This document shows positions 37,944 through 47,736 of a DNA stretch of 64,000 nt, piece after piece. Within the stretch, counting starts at the first letter, position 1; each line of letters opens with the position of its first letter. The notes beneath the pieces were generated by a model that saw only the letters and a list, made by a program, of their open reading frames with translations, made no database searches and was not told the origin of the DNA. The translations under genes were made by a program, and so were the position numbers. Source of the stretch: Candidatus Uhrbacteria bacterium. Its GTDB lineage: Bacteria > Patescibacteriota > Patescibacteriia > UBA9934 > GWF2-40-263. The stretch is taken from positions 96,533-160,532 of the forward strand of contig JAERTI010000056.1 of NCBI GenBank assembly GCA_016844925.1, given 5' to 3'.

Positions 37944-38702
37944 TTATTCAGCTTCAGGTTCTGCTGGTTCCTCTGGCTTGACTTCAGATACAGGCTCAGC
38001 AAAATCCATAGGAGCCTGATTATTGGTCAAAATAGAGAAATAGTCAATAAGAATGTTTGATGATGTTTCAACCGCCTCCTTTGGAGTGATTGTTCCATCC
38101 GTTTCAATGTTCATGATGAGACGGTCATAGTTGGTAATCTCACCAACGCGCGTGTCTTCAACTCGGTATCCAACGTTACGGATTGGAGAAAACAATGCGT
38201 CAATAGCGATTGTTCCCAAGTCATGACTCTCGTCACCACGTTGTTCACTTGGAACATAGCCTCGACCACGTCGTACAGTTAGTTCCATTTCGAAATCCTT
38301 ACTGTCATCCGTAAGAGTTGCGATAACCAGGTCGGTATTGACGATCTCTACATCTGCGTTTGGCTCAATATCTGCTGCCGTTACAACCTTTACACCCTTT
38401 GTAGAGAGAGTTAGTTTCACTGGCTCATCTGAAAAGCACTTCAAACGAAGAGACTTTAGGTTCAGAATGATCTCAAGAGCATCCTCCTTAACCCCTTCAA
38501 CAGCTTGAAACTCGTGATTCACGCCTTTGATCTTCATGGCCGTAACAGCGGCACCTGGAAGTGAGGAAAGCAAAACCCTACGAAGGGCGTTTCCGAGAGT
38601 TGTCCCGTATCCATGAAAGCAAGGTTCGACAATCAGTACACCCTCATTTGGGCGATCGCCGTCCTCGTACTGGATGCGCGATGGAAGAAGAATGTTCTCC
38701 AT
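37944..38702 (-). CDS. rpoA: DNA-directed RNA polymerase alpha subunit, N-terminal domain only (no alpha-CTD)
   Basis: Alpha-NTD motifs (VEPCFHGYGTTLGNALRRVLLSSLPG); the protein ends in a short acidic tail (PEEPAEPEAE) right after the NTD, with no helix-hairpin-helix CTD; start taken at MENILLP. Confidence 0.85.
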   Translation of the reverse strand: MENILLPSRIQYEDGDRPNEGVLIVEPCFHGYGTTLGNALRRVLLSSLPGAAVTAMKIKGVNHEFQAVEGVKEDALEIILNLKSLRLKCFSDEPVKLTLSTKGVKVVTAADIEPNADVEIVNTDLVIATLTDDSKDFEMELTVRRGRGYVPSEQRGDESHDLGTIAIDALFSPIRNVGYRVEDTRVGEITNYDRLIMNIETDGTITPKEAVETSSNILIDYFSILTNNQAPMDFAEPVSEVKPEEPAEPEAE

Positions 38703-38718
38703 ACGTAATGATAGTTGA

Positions 38719-39333
38719 TTATCGTGAGTAAAACTCAACGATGAGTGTAGGATCAAAGCCCTGACTTAGATCCTCCCCCTCTGGTAGTGATGTAATTTTA
38801 CCGGTCAAAGCTTTTTCGTCTCGTGAAATCCATTTTGGAAGTGTTCCGAGATTAATCGCTTCAGGAATAAGCTTTACAAGACCTTTTTCCTTCTTTGATT
38901 CCTTAATAGAAATCTCATCTCCGATACTTACCGCGTAAGAAGGGATATCGACACGACTTCCGTTCACCAGGATGAAACCATGGTTAACCATCTGACGTGC
39001 CTGACGACGCGTTCGGGCAAACCCAAGTCGGTAAATAACGTTATCAAGTCGGAGCTCTAGAGCAAGAACCATGTTCTGCCCCGTATTTCCATCCTTGTGG
39101 GAAGCCTTCTCAAAGTAGTTACGGAACTGACGCTCCATAACTCCATAGATTGCACGTGCCTTCTGCTTTTCTTGCAACTGCTCACCGTAGGCGCTCATGC
39201 GCGGTCGGCGTCGCATCTGCTTTGGTCCGTGAATTCCAGGTGGATACGAACGGCGGCGGACATACTTCTCCTTACCAAGGGTGATCCCCAGGCGGCGAGA
39301 ACGCTTTACAATGTTTGATCGATCACGAGCCAT
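38719..39333 (-). CDS. rpsD: 30S ribosomal protein S4
   Basis: MARDRSNIVKRSRRLG...; S4 RNA-binding domain. Confidence 0.9.
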   Translation of the reverse strand: MARDRSNIVKRSRRLGITLGKEKYVRRRSYPPGIHGPKQMRRRPRMSAYGEQLQEKQKARAIYGVMERQFRNYFEKASHKDGNTGQNMVLALELRLDNVIYRLGFARTRRQARQMVNHGFILVNGSRVDIPSYAVSIGDEISIKESKKEKGLVKLIPEAINLGTLPKWISRDEKALTGKITSLPEGEDLSQGFDPTLIVEFYSR

Positions 39334-39335
39334 AT

Positions 39336-39737
39336 CTAGACACGTCGTGGTTTAGGTGCACGACAACCGTTATGAGGTAGTGGTGTCACATCTTTGATTG
39401 AAAGCACATGGAAACCGTTTGCATTAAGTGCGCGGATGGCAGAGTCTCGCCCTGATCCAACACCCTTTACAAAAACATTCAGTTCCTTGAGGCCAGATTC
39501 CTTAACACGCTCAGCTGCACGCTTAACGATGATACTCGCAGCATACGGCGTGGATTTCTTTGGTCCCTTAAATCCACAGTTACCAGCACTGGACCAGCCA
39601 AGAGTGTTTCCATTCAAGTCAGTAAACGTAACAATGGTGTTGTTATATGTTGACTGAATATATGCACACCCCTGCGACACCTGTCGCATGGCTTTTTTCT
39701 TCTTTGATCGTGATTTTGCTTTTTTCTGAACAGCCAT
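39336..39737 (-). CDS. rpsK: 30S ribosomal protein S11
   Basis: [27 protein letters not shown]...[11 protein letters not shown]. Confidence 0.9.
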   Translation of the reverse strand: MAVQKKAKSRSKKKKAMRQVSQGCAYIQSTYNNTIVTFTDLNGNTLGWSSAGNCGFKGPKKSTPYAASIIVKRAAERVKESGLKELNVFVKGVGSGRDSAIRALNANGFHVLSIKDVTPLPHNGCRAPKPRRV

Positions 39738-39742
39738 AGCGT

Positions 39743-40129
39743 TTAGGTCTTAGTGAGTGCACGACGTCCACTTCCTGTTGTGCGACGTACATTTCCACGC
39801 ACGGTTCGTGAATTGGTTTTTGTTCGCTGCCCACGTGCAGGCAAATGTTTGCCGTGACGTGTTCCACGATATGACCCAATCTCCTTTAGGCGCTTGATAT
39901 GTGAAAGTCGATCACGTCGCAAATCACCCTCCAAACGATAGTCCTTCTCAAGAAGGGTTCGGATAGTGTTTACCTGATCGTCAGTCAAATCCTTGGTTCG
40001 AATACTTTCATCGATACCAAGTGCATCCAATGTTTTCTTGGACGTCACGAGACCAACCCCATGAATATACGTGAGGGCGATCACGATACGTTTATTGGAC
40101 GGAATGTTCACTCCAGCGATTCGTGCCAT
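39743..40129 (-). CDS. rpsM: 30S ribosomal protein S13
   Basis: [26 protein letters not shown]. Confidence 0.9.
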   Translation of the reverse strand: MARIAGVNIPSNKRIVIALTYIHGVGLVTSKKTLDALGIDESIRTKDLTDDQVNTIRTLLEKDYRLEGDLRRDRLSHIKRLKEIGSYRGTRHGKHLPARGQRTKTNSRTVRGNVRRTTGSGRRALTKT

Positions 40130-40134
40130 AGCGG

Positions 40135-40248
40135 TTATCCTTGTCGTTGCTTATGTTTAGGATTCTTACAAATAACAACCACCCGTCCTTTTCGGCGGAT
40201 GACTTTACAATCCCGACACATTTTTTTAGCTGATGCTCGTACTTTCAT
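40135..40248 (-). CDS. rpmJ: 50S ribosomal protein L36
   Basis: Hand-translated 37-aa [40 protein letters not shown] with the C-x2-C...C...H zinc ribbon; too short to appear in the ORF track. Confidence 0.8.
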   Translation of the reverse strand: MKVRASAKKMCRDCKVIRRKGRVVVICKNPKHKQRQG

Positions 40249-40283
40249 AGTCGATGAACGTCACCGGTAACACAGCAACGTTT

Positions 40284-40502
40284 CTAGAATCGATACACAA
40301 CGCGACCCTTAGTTAGGTCATATGGGCTGATCTCCAGCTTCACCTCATCACCTGGAAGAATGCGGATACGAAACTTACGCATCTTTCCAGAGAGGTGGCC
40401 AATGATCTCTTGCCCGTTCTCTAATCTTATTTTGAAATTTGCGGCAGGTAGAAGTTCTTCTACCGTTCCCCTCATCTCAATGAAGTCTTTTGTTCCTTTT
40501 GC
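40284..40502 (-). CDS. infA: translation initiation factor IF-1
   Basis: [55 protein letters not shown] (S1-like OB-fold). Confidence 0.85.
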   Translation of the reverse strand, partial: AKGTKDFIEMRGTVEELLPAANFKIRLENGQEIIGHLSGKMRKFRIRILPGDEVKLEISPYDLTKGRVVYRF

Positions 40503-40648
40503 CATAATGAAATATGCGAGGATTCTAGCATTCACCCTAGAAAACAGCAAGGAACAAGAGTCTTCGAGGCGCCGGCATTGTACCGATGCGCTCTGCAGCT
40601 GTCAAGGATGTCACCGTGGATAAAACGACGCCTTATTTATAAGTTAAA

Positions 40649-42517
40649 TTAGTCAAGAATTGCCTTAATGCGTCTCACACCGCTCGCACAAGACTCTTCC
40701 TTTTTTAGCGTGAAGTGACCAAGTTCCCCCGTTCGTTCAACATGTGGACCACCACAAACTTCCTTGCTGAAATACTCATCAGTAGCCTCATCACCGATGA
40801 AGTATACCTTAATTTTCCCTCCGAGCTGAGCATATTTATCTTCAAATAGACCAATCGCTCCGCGGGATTTTGCCTCATCCAGGCCAATGATCTCATAATG
40901 AACAGGGAGATCCTTCTGGATATTTTCATTCACCAAATCCTCAACTTGCTGTTTTTGCTCATCCGTCATCTTCTCCGTATGTGAGAAATCGAACCGCAAG
41001 CGCTTTGGCGTGATGTTTGAACCACGCTGTTCGACATGATCTCCAAGAACACTACGAAGGGCTTGGTGCAGCATGTGTGTTGCCGTATGCAGACGCACAG
41101 TTGCCTCAGAATGATCTGCAAGGCCACCTGCAAACTTTTGTGTCGCACCAGCTCGAGATAGGTCTTGATGCTTTTTAAACTCAGCCATGAACGTCTCACG
41201 GTCAACTTCCTGTCCCTGCTCTCCCGCCATCTCCTCGGTAAGCTCAATCGGAAATCCGTATGTTGAATAAAGCACAAAAGCATCCTCACCTGATATTGCC
41301 CCAGCTCGTTCAAACATTTTTTTGAATTCGCGTTCACCTTTTCCAAGTGTCTTCAAAAATTTCTCTTCCTCAGACTCCAGCTCCTTTTGAATCACGTGGT
41401 TCATTTCCTCGAACTTTGGGTACATTGGTGCGTACTCACTAATCACCTGCGCGCCCACGCGCCCACAAAACGATTCAGTAATTCCAAGGTTTCGTCCAAA
41501 TCGAACGGCTCTTCGAATAAGACGTCTTGTGAAGTATCCCTGATCTTTGTTTGTGGGAGCCACCCCATCAGCAATAAGGAATGCTGCCGCACGAAGATGG
41601 TCGAGGATAACCCGGTAAGCGTTTGTATCATCTTGATATTTTGTACCTGACAAGGACTCAATCGTCGTCCTCATTCCAGCAAAGGCTTCAATATTGAAAA
41701 CGTCTGAATCATCGGCAGCAGCAGCTGCGATTCGCTCCAATCCCCCACCAAAATCTACATTTTTCTGTGGAAGAGATTCAAAGCCTGTTTCTGTCTTCTT
41801 GAACTCCATGAACACGCTGTTTCCGATCTCTAAAAATCTTCCACAGTCACAGTTCACATGACAGGGCTCATTACGAAACTCTGAACTCTCATGAAAACCT
41901 AACGTCTCTCCAAAATCCCAAAACATTTCTGAGTCAGGTCCGCCTGGCTCACCAACAGGCATATTCTCTTGAGAACCTGATCGTGACCACCAGTTTTTTG
42001 TGTCATCGTAATAAAAGATACGACCTCCCTGCATACCGTCTCGCTCTGAGTGATCAACGTCTTTTGCTTCAATTCCGACCTCTGAGAACAACTCTTTCCA
42101 AACGGCAACTGATTCTTCGTCTCTCGGAATACTCTCATTGCCTCGAAAAACGGTCACGTACAGCTGATTGGGGTTTAATCCAATTTCTTGTGTAAGCCAC
42201 GTAAAAACCCATCTAAGTTGTTCTTTCTTAAAGTAATCTCCCAGCGACCAGTTTCCAAGCATCTCGAAAAACGTTGTATGACGATTATCACCAACCTCAT
42301 CAATGTCCTGTGATCGGAAACATTTTTGTGAATCAGTTATCCGCGCGCCAAGAGGGTGTGATTCACCAAGTAGATACGGCACCATTGGCTGCATCCCAGA
42401 ACCAGTGAATAACGTTGTTGGATCATTCTCCGGGACAAGTGACGCTGAGGGGATCACGGCGTGCTCTTGTCGTTTAAAAAAGTCTAAGTAACTGGATCGA
42501 ATTTCATGAATGTTCAT
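40649..42517 (-). CDS. alaS: alanine--tRNA ligase, short form lacking the C-terminal C-Ala domain
   Basis: Class II catalytic core (FTGSGMQPMVPY, FFEMLGNWSLGDYFK) and editing-domain HxxxH (HTATHMLHQAL); 622 aa against about 870 aa for the full-length enzyme. Confidence 0.85.
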   Translation of the reverse strand: MNIHEIRSSYLDFFKRQEHAVIPSASLVPENDPTTLFTGSGMQPMVPYLLGESHPLGARITDSQKCFRSQDIDEVGDNRHTTFFEMLGNWSLGDYFKKEQLRWVFTWLTQEIGLNPNQLYVTVFRGNESIPRDEESVAVWKELFSEVGIEAKDVDHSERDGMQGGRIFYYDDTKNWWSRSGSQENMPVGEPGGPDSEMFWDFGETLGFHESSEFRNEPCHVNCDCGRFLEIGNSVFMEFKKTETGFESLPQKNVDFGGGLERIAAAAADDSDVFNIEAFAGMRTTIESLSGTKYQDDTNAYRVILDHLRAAAFLIADGVAPTNKDQGYFTRRLIRRAVRFGRNLGITESFCGRVGAQVISEYAPMYPKFEEMNHVIQKELESEEEKFLKTLGKGEREFKKMFERAGAISGEDAFVLYSTYGFPIELTEEMAGEQGQEVDRETFMAEFKKHQDLSRAGATQKFAGGLADHSEATVRLHTATHMLHQALRSVLGDHVEQRGSNITPKRLRFDFSHTEKMTDEQKQQVEDLVNENIQKDLPVHYEIIGLDEAKSRGAIGLFEDKYAQLGGKIKVYFIGDEATDEYFSKEVCGGPHVERTGELGHFTLKKEESCASGVRRIKAILD

Positions 42518-42541
42518 ATCGGTCGCATTCTACACAGCACG

Positions 42542-44158
42542 TTATACCGAGTCTAGTGAATCAAGTGCTTCTGCTGGCCTTACTCTTCTAAGCACCTTTC
42601 GTTTAAGAGCCTCTAGCATTCGTTTCTGCTCATCAACTCTCAATAGTGAGCAGACAATCAAATAGACAAGTAGCCCTAGCCCACCGGCAAATAACCCTTG
42701 GGCGAGAACACCAAAGAATGTGTCGAGGGAAATCAAGGACAAAGCAACCGGCTTAAGCAACTGCATAACCAATGCAGCCGCAAGACCTGCAGCTGATAAT
42801 TTATAGATCGTTGTAAGAAGTTGTGATTCTGCAAGTGTGCCAAGACGTTGTCGCAGAATGATCCAGAGGAGGGTCATGTTGATGATCGCGGCAAGAGAAT
42901 AGGCCATGGCTAGTGCGATCACACTGAAACTTTCACCAAGTGCGAAAGCAGCAAGGATACCCACCAAAGCCGATACGGCTCCTGTTGTTAGTGGCGTTAC
43001 CGTGTCACGTAGGGCGTAAAACGCACGTGCAAGAAGAAAAATGAGCGCTTGTGGGATAAAGGTCAGCGCAAAGAATGCAAGCGTATCAGCTGTTGCAATC
43101 GTGGCTGCCCAATCAAATGCCCCTGCCCCGACAACCACCCGCACAATTTGAGCGCGAAGAATCAAGAACAACAGCATCATAGGGAGCATGAGATACAGAA
43201 CCTGTCTCACCGTTGAAATGAACAGCTCAACAAATTTGTCCATCTTTTCTGTTTCGATCGCCTCTGACAGCGAAGGAAAAACGGCAATCGCAAAGGACAC
43301 ACCAATGATTCCCACAGGGAAAAACTGAATGTTATATGCAAACTGAAAGACCGTCACAGAACCCACAGCCAGCGTGGAAGCCACAATCGTCAAGATGACA
43401 AACAGAACCTGGTTCACTGCCAGCCCGAGCGTTCGTGGTCCCATGAGCCCAAGCATGGTACGTGCATCTTTATCAAAGGGCCTTGGTCTAAATTGAAATT
43501 TGTAATCGGTCTGCGCAATACCCATGACCTGGGTAACAAGATGAAGCCCTGCTCCGAGAACTACCCCCCAAGCCAACCCCGTCAAGCCAAACGGTTCAAC
43601 AAAGTAGAGAGCACCAATGATGATTCCAACGTTATAGAAAATTGGTGCCAGGGAGTAGAGAAGAAACCGCTTAAGGCTTTGCAAGACGGATCCGTAAATC
43701 ATCGATACAGCCAGCACGACTTGTGCGAGGAACATGACTCGCATGAGCTCGGCAACGCGCACTTGTTTGTACTCAGCAAAACCTGGTGCAACCAGCTGTG
43801 CGAGCGGCTCGGCAAACAAAATGAGACCAATTGAAAGCAGAACCATGGCCCCACCAACCAGATGAAGCGTGTTATTCGTAAAGTCCCAAGCCTTTTGTCG
43901 ACGTGCTGCACGACTGTGGTGAGCGAGAAACAGCGGGATGAAACTCGCTGAGAGAGCCCCGACAACGATGAGGCTGAACAGGAGGTCGGGGATCTTAAAT
44001 GCCGCATAGTAAATATCAAGCGCATCCCCCGCTCCAAATTGACCCGCCAAAATTCGATCCCTTACGAGGCCAACAATTCGACTCACAAACGAAAGGACGC
44101 CCACGATGGTCGCGGCGCCAATAATCGATTTTGATTCTCTATGCAAGAACTTCAGCAT
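42542..44158 (-). CDS. murJ: lipid II flippase MurJ
   Basis: 538 aa MOP-family protein; N-terminus ...RIVGLVRDRILAGQFGAGDALDIYYAAFKIPD is typical of MurJ/MviN. Confidence 0.8.
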   Translation of the reverse strand: MLKFLHRESKSIIGAATIVGVLSFVSRIVGLVRDRILAGQFGAGDALDIYYAAFKIPDLLFSLIVVGALSASFIPLFLAHHSRAARRQKAWDFTNNTLHLVGGAMVLLSIGLILFAEPLAQLVAPGFAEYKQVRVAELMRVMFLAQVVLAVSMIYGSVLQSLKRFLLYSLAPIFYNVGIIIGALYFVEPFGLTGLAWGVVLGAGLHLVTQVMGIAQTDYKFQFRPRPFDKDARTMLGLMGPRTLGLAVNQVLFVILTIVASTLAVGSVTVFQFAYNIQFFPVGIIGVSFAIAVFPSLSEAIETEKMDKFVELFISTVRQVLYLMLPMMLLFLILRAQIVRVVVGAGAFDWAATIATADTLAFFALTFIPQALIFLLARAFYALRDTVTPLTTGAVSALVGILAAFALGESFSVIALAMAYSLAAIINMTLLWIILRQRLGTLAESQLLTTIYKLSAAGLAAALVMQLLKPVALSLISLDTFFGVLAQGLFAGGLGLLVYLIVCSLLRVDEQKRMLEALKRKVLRRVRPAEALDSLDSV

Positions 44159-44159
44159 G

Positions 44160-45476
44160 TCATCGCTGTAAGAGATGTGGAGCTCTGTGGGTTAAGATAA
44201 GAATACCACCTGAAACAATCATCATGAGAGCGAGGAAGAAAATAGCAACCAACACAATACGGTTCTGCAGAGAAAAGAACGGAACGAGCACTGTCGAAGT
44301 CTCAACATCGTGAATTCCCTCTTCATCCTCAACCGAAAGTGATACTTGGAATGCACCACTTGTGGCAAACGTATGTGTGACCTGAGGTTTTGATGACGTC
44401 ACACCATCACCAAAGTCCCAGCGATAAACAGCATCATCCTTGGCGTATGTGTAAGTTTTCCGAGTCTCGGTAGACGCAGAGTCTTCTTCGTCACCGTCCC
44501 CAATAGAACCACTTGAATATTTAACAGCCTCCTCAGGTGCTAGAAGTGTAAATGTATACGTATTCCAACTGTCACGTGTATAGGAAAACACCGCATTTGA
44601 TGAAATGACGATCTGATTGTCACTTACCGCTTGTCCTGAATCTAGAACAACCTCTAACTCCTCCACATCCTCCGTAGAAGAATCCTCGTCATCGGCAACC
44701 GTAACCGAATGAGTAACCTGCCCTGTTTCATCTTCCTGCGTCGTTTCGATTTCTTCGACAAGTTCAGCAATAATCTGATTGAACGCCTCTGATGTTTCTG
44801 CAGGCTCAGGCGCCACCTCCTCAACAACTTCCGGTTCTACAATAACTTCTTCAATGACTGTTCGCTCGCTGTCCGTAGGATAAGCGTCATCAGCGTCCGG
44901 CACACCATCACTATCAGTGTCAGCGTTTGTTGTATCTGTGCCGATCTCCACCTCAACCTCATCGCTCACTCCATCATTATCATCGTCTGTGTCACAGGCA
45001 TCACCGGCCCCATCTGAGTCTGAATCCAGCTGATCGGCATTCGGTGTCTGAGGACATGAGTCGTTGGCATCTGACACACCATCACGATCCGCGTCCTCAA
45101 TAGGGTCCATCGTGTTCGTGATCGTAAAGTTGTTTTCTAAATTTACATCGACTGGGTCCGTCCCTTCGATTCTCGCCATGATGTTAAAGCTCCCAGACGG
45201 CACGACAATATCAAGATAAACCTCCTCAGGGTTTCCTCCGGCCAGAACAGAAATAACCTGTGACTGCCCCAGCACAGATGCTCCTTTGTAAAAGTTCACA
45301 TACCCAGAGACGTCCTCATCCGCCTCGTTATGAATCGAAGCATAAATACGCACTGTGTCTCCCACAACAAGCGTATCGTCGGAAAAACGGACATCATTCT
45401 GACTGATACTTAAATCCGCTGTGGCATGTGCAGCCATCGGGAACAGCACTATGAGCAACGAGAGTAAATATTTCAT
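44160..45476 (-). CDS. cell-surface protein: signal peptide, CARDB-like domain, thrombospondin type-3 (Ca-binding D-rich) repeats, PKD domain, C-terminal TM anchor
   Basis: DADRDGVSDANDSCPQTPNADQLDSDSDGAGDACDTDDDNDGVSD (TSP3-like repeats); YRWDFGDGVTS...THTF (PKD domain); C-terminal hydrophobic helix followed by HRAPH. Confidence 0.6.
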   Translation of the reverse strand: MKYLLSLLIVLFPMAAHATADLSISQNDVRFSDDTLVVGDTVRIYASIHNEADEDVSGYVNFYKGASVLGQSQVISVLAGGNPEEVYLDIVVPSGSFNIMARIEGTDPVDVNLENNFTITNTMDPIEDADRDGVSDANDSCPQTPNADQLDSDSDGAGDACDTDDDNDGVSDEVEVEIGTDTTNADTDSDGVPDADDAYPTDSERTVIEEVIVEPEVVEEVAPEPAETSEAFNQIIAELVEEIETTQEDETGQVTHSVTVADDEDSSTEDVEELEVVLDSGQAVSDNQIVISSNAVFSYTRDSWNTYTFTLLAPEEAVKYSSGSIGDGDEEDSASTETRKTYTYAKDDAVYRWDFGDGVTSSKPQVTHTFATSGAFQVSLSVEDEEGIHDVETSTVLVPFFSLQNRIVLVAIFFLALMMIVSGGILILTHRAPHLLQR

Positions 45477-46027
45477 AAAACGATTGTATCACCTGATTGT
45501 AGCCAAAGTTCAGCTGCCTCATCTGCACTTATATGCAGCGCTGGGACAAATGTTGGGTGAATACGGACAACGACGTGATTAATGCTTCGAGCACCCGCCT
45601 GAACACTCACGACATCCCCTTGTGCCACCCCCTTAGCCTCCGCTGCACTTGATGAGAGGTGTAAGTGACGTATAGGCGTAATCGTACTCATTTTCGCCAC
45701 AACCTCCCCCGCAGGCCCTTTCAACGTCACGCTCGCGGATCTGTCTAAATCACCTGAAATGCGCAACGGTGCCTTTACCCCTATAGAATGCGCGTCACTC
45801 GCGGAAAGTTCAACCTGTGTCGACGCCCGCTCTGGACCCAATACACAGACTCGATCAAAAATCCCATCCGGTCCAATAACTTGCACACGCTGACGAGCCA
45901 CATATTGTCCTCGGTGTTCCAGTGTTCTTTCTGGCTCCAAAGCCTCGTTGCCAAAGAGGACTTTCTGATCCTCTGCAGACAGATGCACGTGTCGAAACTG
46001 CAATACCACTGGTATCTCCATATCCAT
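45473..46027 (-). CDS. pduL: PduL-type phosphate acyltransferase (EutD/Pta substitute)
   Basis: Two PTAC repeats, each with an RHxH motif (QFRHVHLSAEDQKVLFG; TPIRHLHLSS), plus a LGPxR...APLRISGDL middle segment matching Salmonella PduL. Confidence 0.7.
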   Translation of the reverse strand: MDMEIPVVLQFRHVHLSAEDQKVLFGNEALEPERTLEHRGQYVARQRVQVIGPDGIFDRVCVLGPERASTQVELSASDAHSIGVKAPLRISGDLDRSASVTLKGPAGEVVAKMSTITPIRHLHLSSSAAEAKGVAQGDVVSVQAGARSINHVVVRIHPTFVPALHISADEAAELWLQSGDTIVL

Positions 46028-46944
46028 TATGTCCGTGGTCGCTTAACGATCCAGAGTACTAGCACAAGCATTCCGATAAACCCTATTCCGTACAGGAGAT
46101 AGATAATCTCAGCAGAATCATTCCATGGTAGCCACGGGACATTCATTCCATAAAACCCAGCCAAGAGCGTTGGAAACATGAACGACACGGACATAATCGT
46201 CAGGAGCGTCACGATATCGTTTGTTCTGTGCGAAAGCAGAGCTTCATTTACATCGAACAGTCCATCAATGATCAACTTCAAGTTGTCGACTGAGAGCCAA
46301 ACCGTATCAAGAATGTCGTGCACATCATCAAGATACACATGCACATTCTCTGGAATAAAGGTTCTCTTCAAGTTAGAGAGCGATGTCAGCATTGATCGTT
46401 GTGGGTCAATCACATGTCGTAGGAACAACACGTTTCGGCGCACGTGAGCCAGATCGACTGTTAGTCGCTTATCATGACTCTTCTCAATCGCATCCTCAAG
46501 ACGATGCACCTCCTGTGTGAGCTGCGTCACAATCTGAATGGAGTCACGGAACAACTCAGCCAAGACCTTATGCATCGCAAATGCGGTTCCGGCTCCTAAA
46601 ATAGATGCACGCAGCTTCGTACTTCTTTGCACTCGCGCAAACAACTCCTCAAGTGCCGGGACTTCCACATGGCTCACCGTCACCAGAGCATCCTTGCTTA
46701 AAAAAATGTACACCTCTTCGCCGTACACATTCCCCTTCTCCTTATGAACGGTTGGAATATGAAAAACGAAGAACACATAATGCTTATAGGGGTCCATCTT
46801 GGAGATCGGCGTCTCCGCGCGAATGTCATCGTAATCCAGTGTATGAAACTTAAATGTCGCCTGGAGCCCCTCCAGGTCAGCCTCATTCACCTGGCTGATG
46901 TGATGCCACACCACCCCCTTTGACTCAACAACGTTTGATCCCAT
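46027..46944 (-). CDS. corA: CorA-family magnesium transporter
   Basis: C-terminal two TM helices with the GMN motif (FYGMNVPWLPW). Confidence 0.8.
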   Translation of the reverse strand: MGSNVVESKGVVWHHISQVNEADLEGLQATFKFHTLDYDDIRAETPISKMDPYKHYVFFVFHIPTVHKEKGNVYGEEVYIFLSKDALVTVSHVEVPALEELFARVQRSTKLRASILGAGTAFAMHKVLAELFRDSIQIVTQLTQEVHRLEDAIEKSHDKRLTVDLAHVRRNVLFLRHVIDPQRSMLTSLSNLKRTFIPENVHVYLDDVHDILDTVWLSVDNLKLIIDGLFDVNEALLSHRTNDIVTLLTIMSVSFMFPTLLAGFYGMNVPWLPWNDSAEIIYLLYGIGFIGMLVLVLWIVKRPRT

Positions 46945-46946
46945 AA

Positions 46947-47705
46947 TTATTCCTCCTGATGTTCACGCTTCTGCTCGTGCCCAAAGCGATACTTAAACTT
47001 GTCATGCTTAATCGGTCCCAGCAGCGCAAGGTGTAGCTCTGCCATCATGTACTTCATGGCGATTCTCATGCGACCGTCGCGATCCATTCGACGAATAGAG
47101 ACAGGGATCTTTGTTGACTTAAGAAAGCCAAACTTCCCTTTCCCTCTTGTCCGCTGTGCGTAGTCATGATCCTCACAAAACGTAATCTCTTCATCAAACC
47201 CACCAATTTCCTCGTGGAGCGATCTTCGTGCCAACATGCAAAAACCTGGAGCATGAGGAAAGACCGACCCCCATGCACGCGCGTAGGTGTTGTAAGCCTT
47301 GTGCATGAAGTGATCAATAAACGCGTCAGAGAGCGGAAACACATCACATGTCGCCAAATCCAACTTGCGCTCAAGCATCTCCCCCACAGCCTTCTCCAGA
47401 AACTCTGGATCCCGCAGCTCTACATCTGCATCAAGAAAAAGAATGATGTCTGTCGTTGCAGCCGCAGCTCCTGCATTGCGCCCTCGTGATACAGCCCCTC
47501 CCTCCACAACCGTCGCCCCATGTGCGAGCGCGATCTCTCGCGTTCGATCAACCGACCCTGCATCAGCTACAATAACCTCCGTTGGTTGGAGTGTTTGTCG
47601 TTTGATGGATTCGAATAGCCCTGGCAAGCAGGACTCTTCGTTCATGGCTGGAATGACAATCGTTAACATTACGTCCATTTTACCCTGTAGGGACTCCCTG
47701 GACAA
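46947..47705 (-). CDS. glycosyltransferase family 2
   Basis: LTIVIPAMNEE...VIVADAGSVDRT...LFLDADV. Confidence 0.7.
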   Translation of the reverse strand: MSRESLQGKMDVMLTIVIPAMNEESCLPGLFESIKRQTLQPTEVIVADAGSVDRTREIALAHGATVVEGGAVSRGRNAGAAAATTDIILFLDADVELRDPEFLEKAVGEMLERKLDLATCDVFPLSDAFIDHFMHKAYNTYARAWGSVFPHAPGFCMLARRSLHEEIGGFDEEITFCEDHDYAQRTRGKGKFGFLKSTKIPVSIRRMDRDGRMRIAMKYMMAELHLALLGPIKHDKFKYRFGHEQKREHQEE

Positions 47706-47736
47706 GAAGGCTTTTTCCCATTATCCTTGCGCCGTT

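Noticed and set aside
47365-47736. 5' extension of the methyltransferase ORF running antisense through the GT2 gene
   Set aside because: Ser/Ala/Arg-rich and antisense to a well-supported glycosyltransferase. The Fe-S N-terminus of the methyltransferase starts at 47737.
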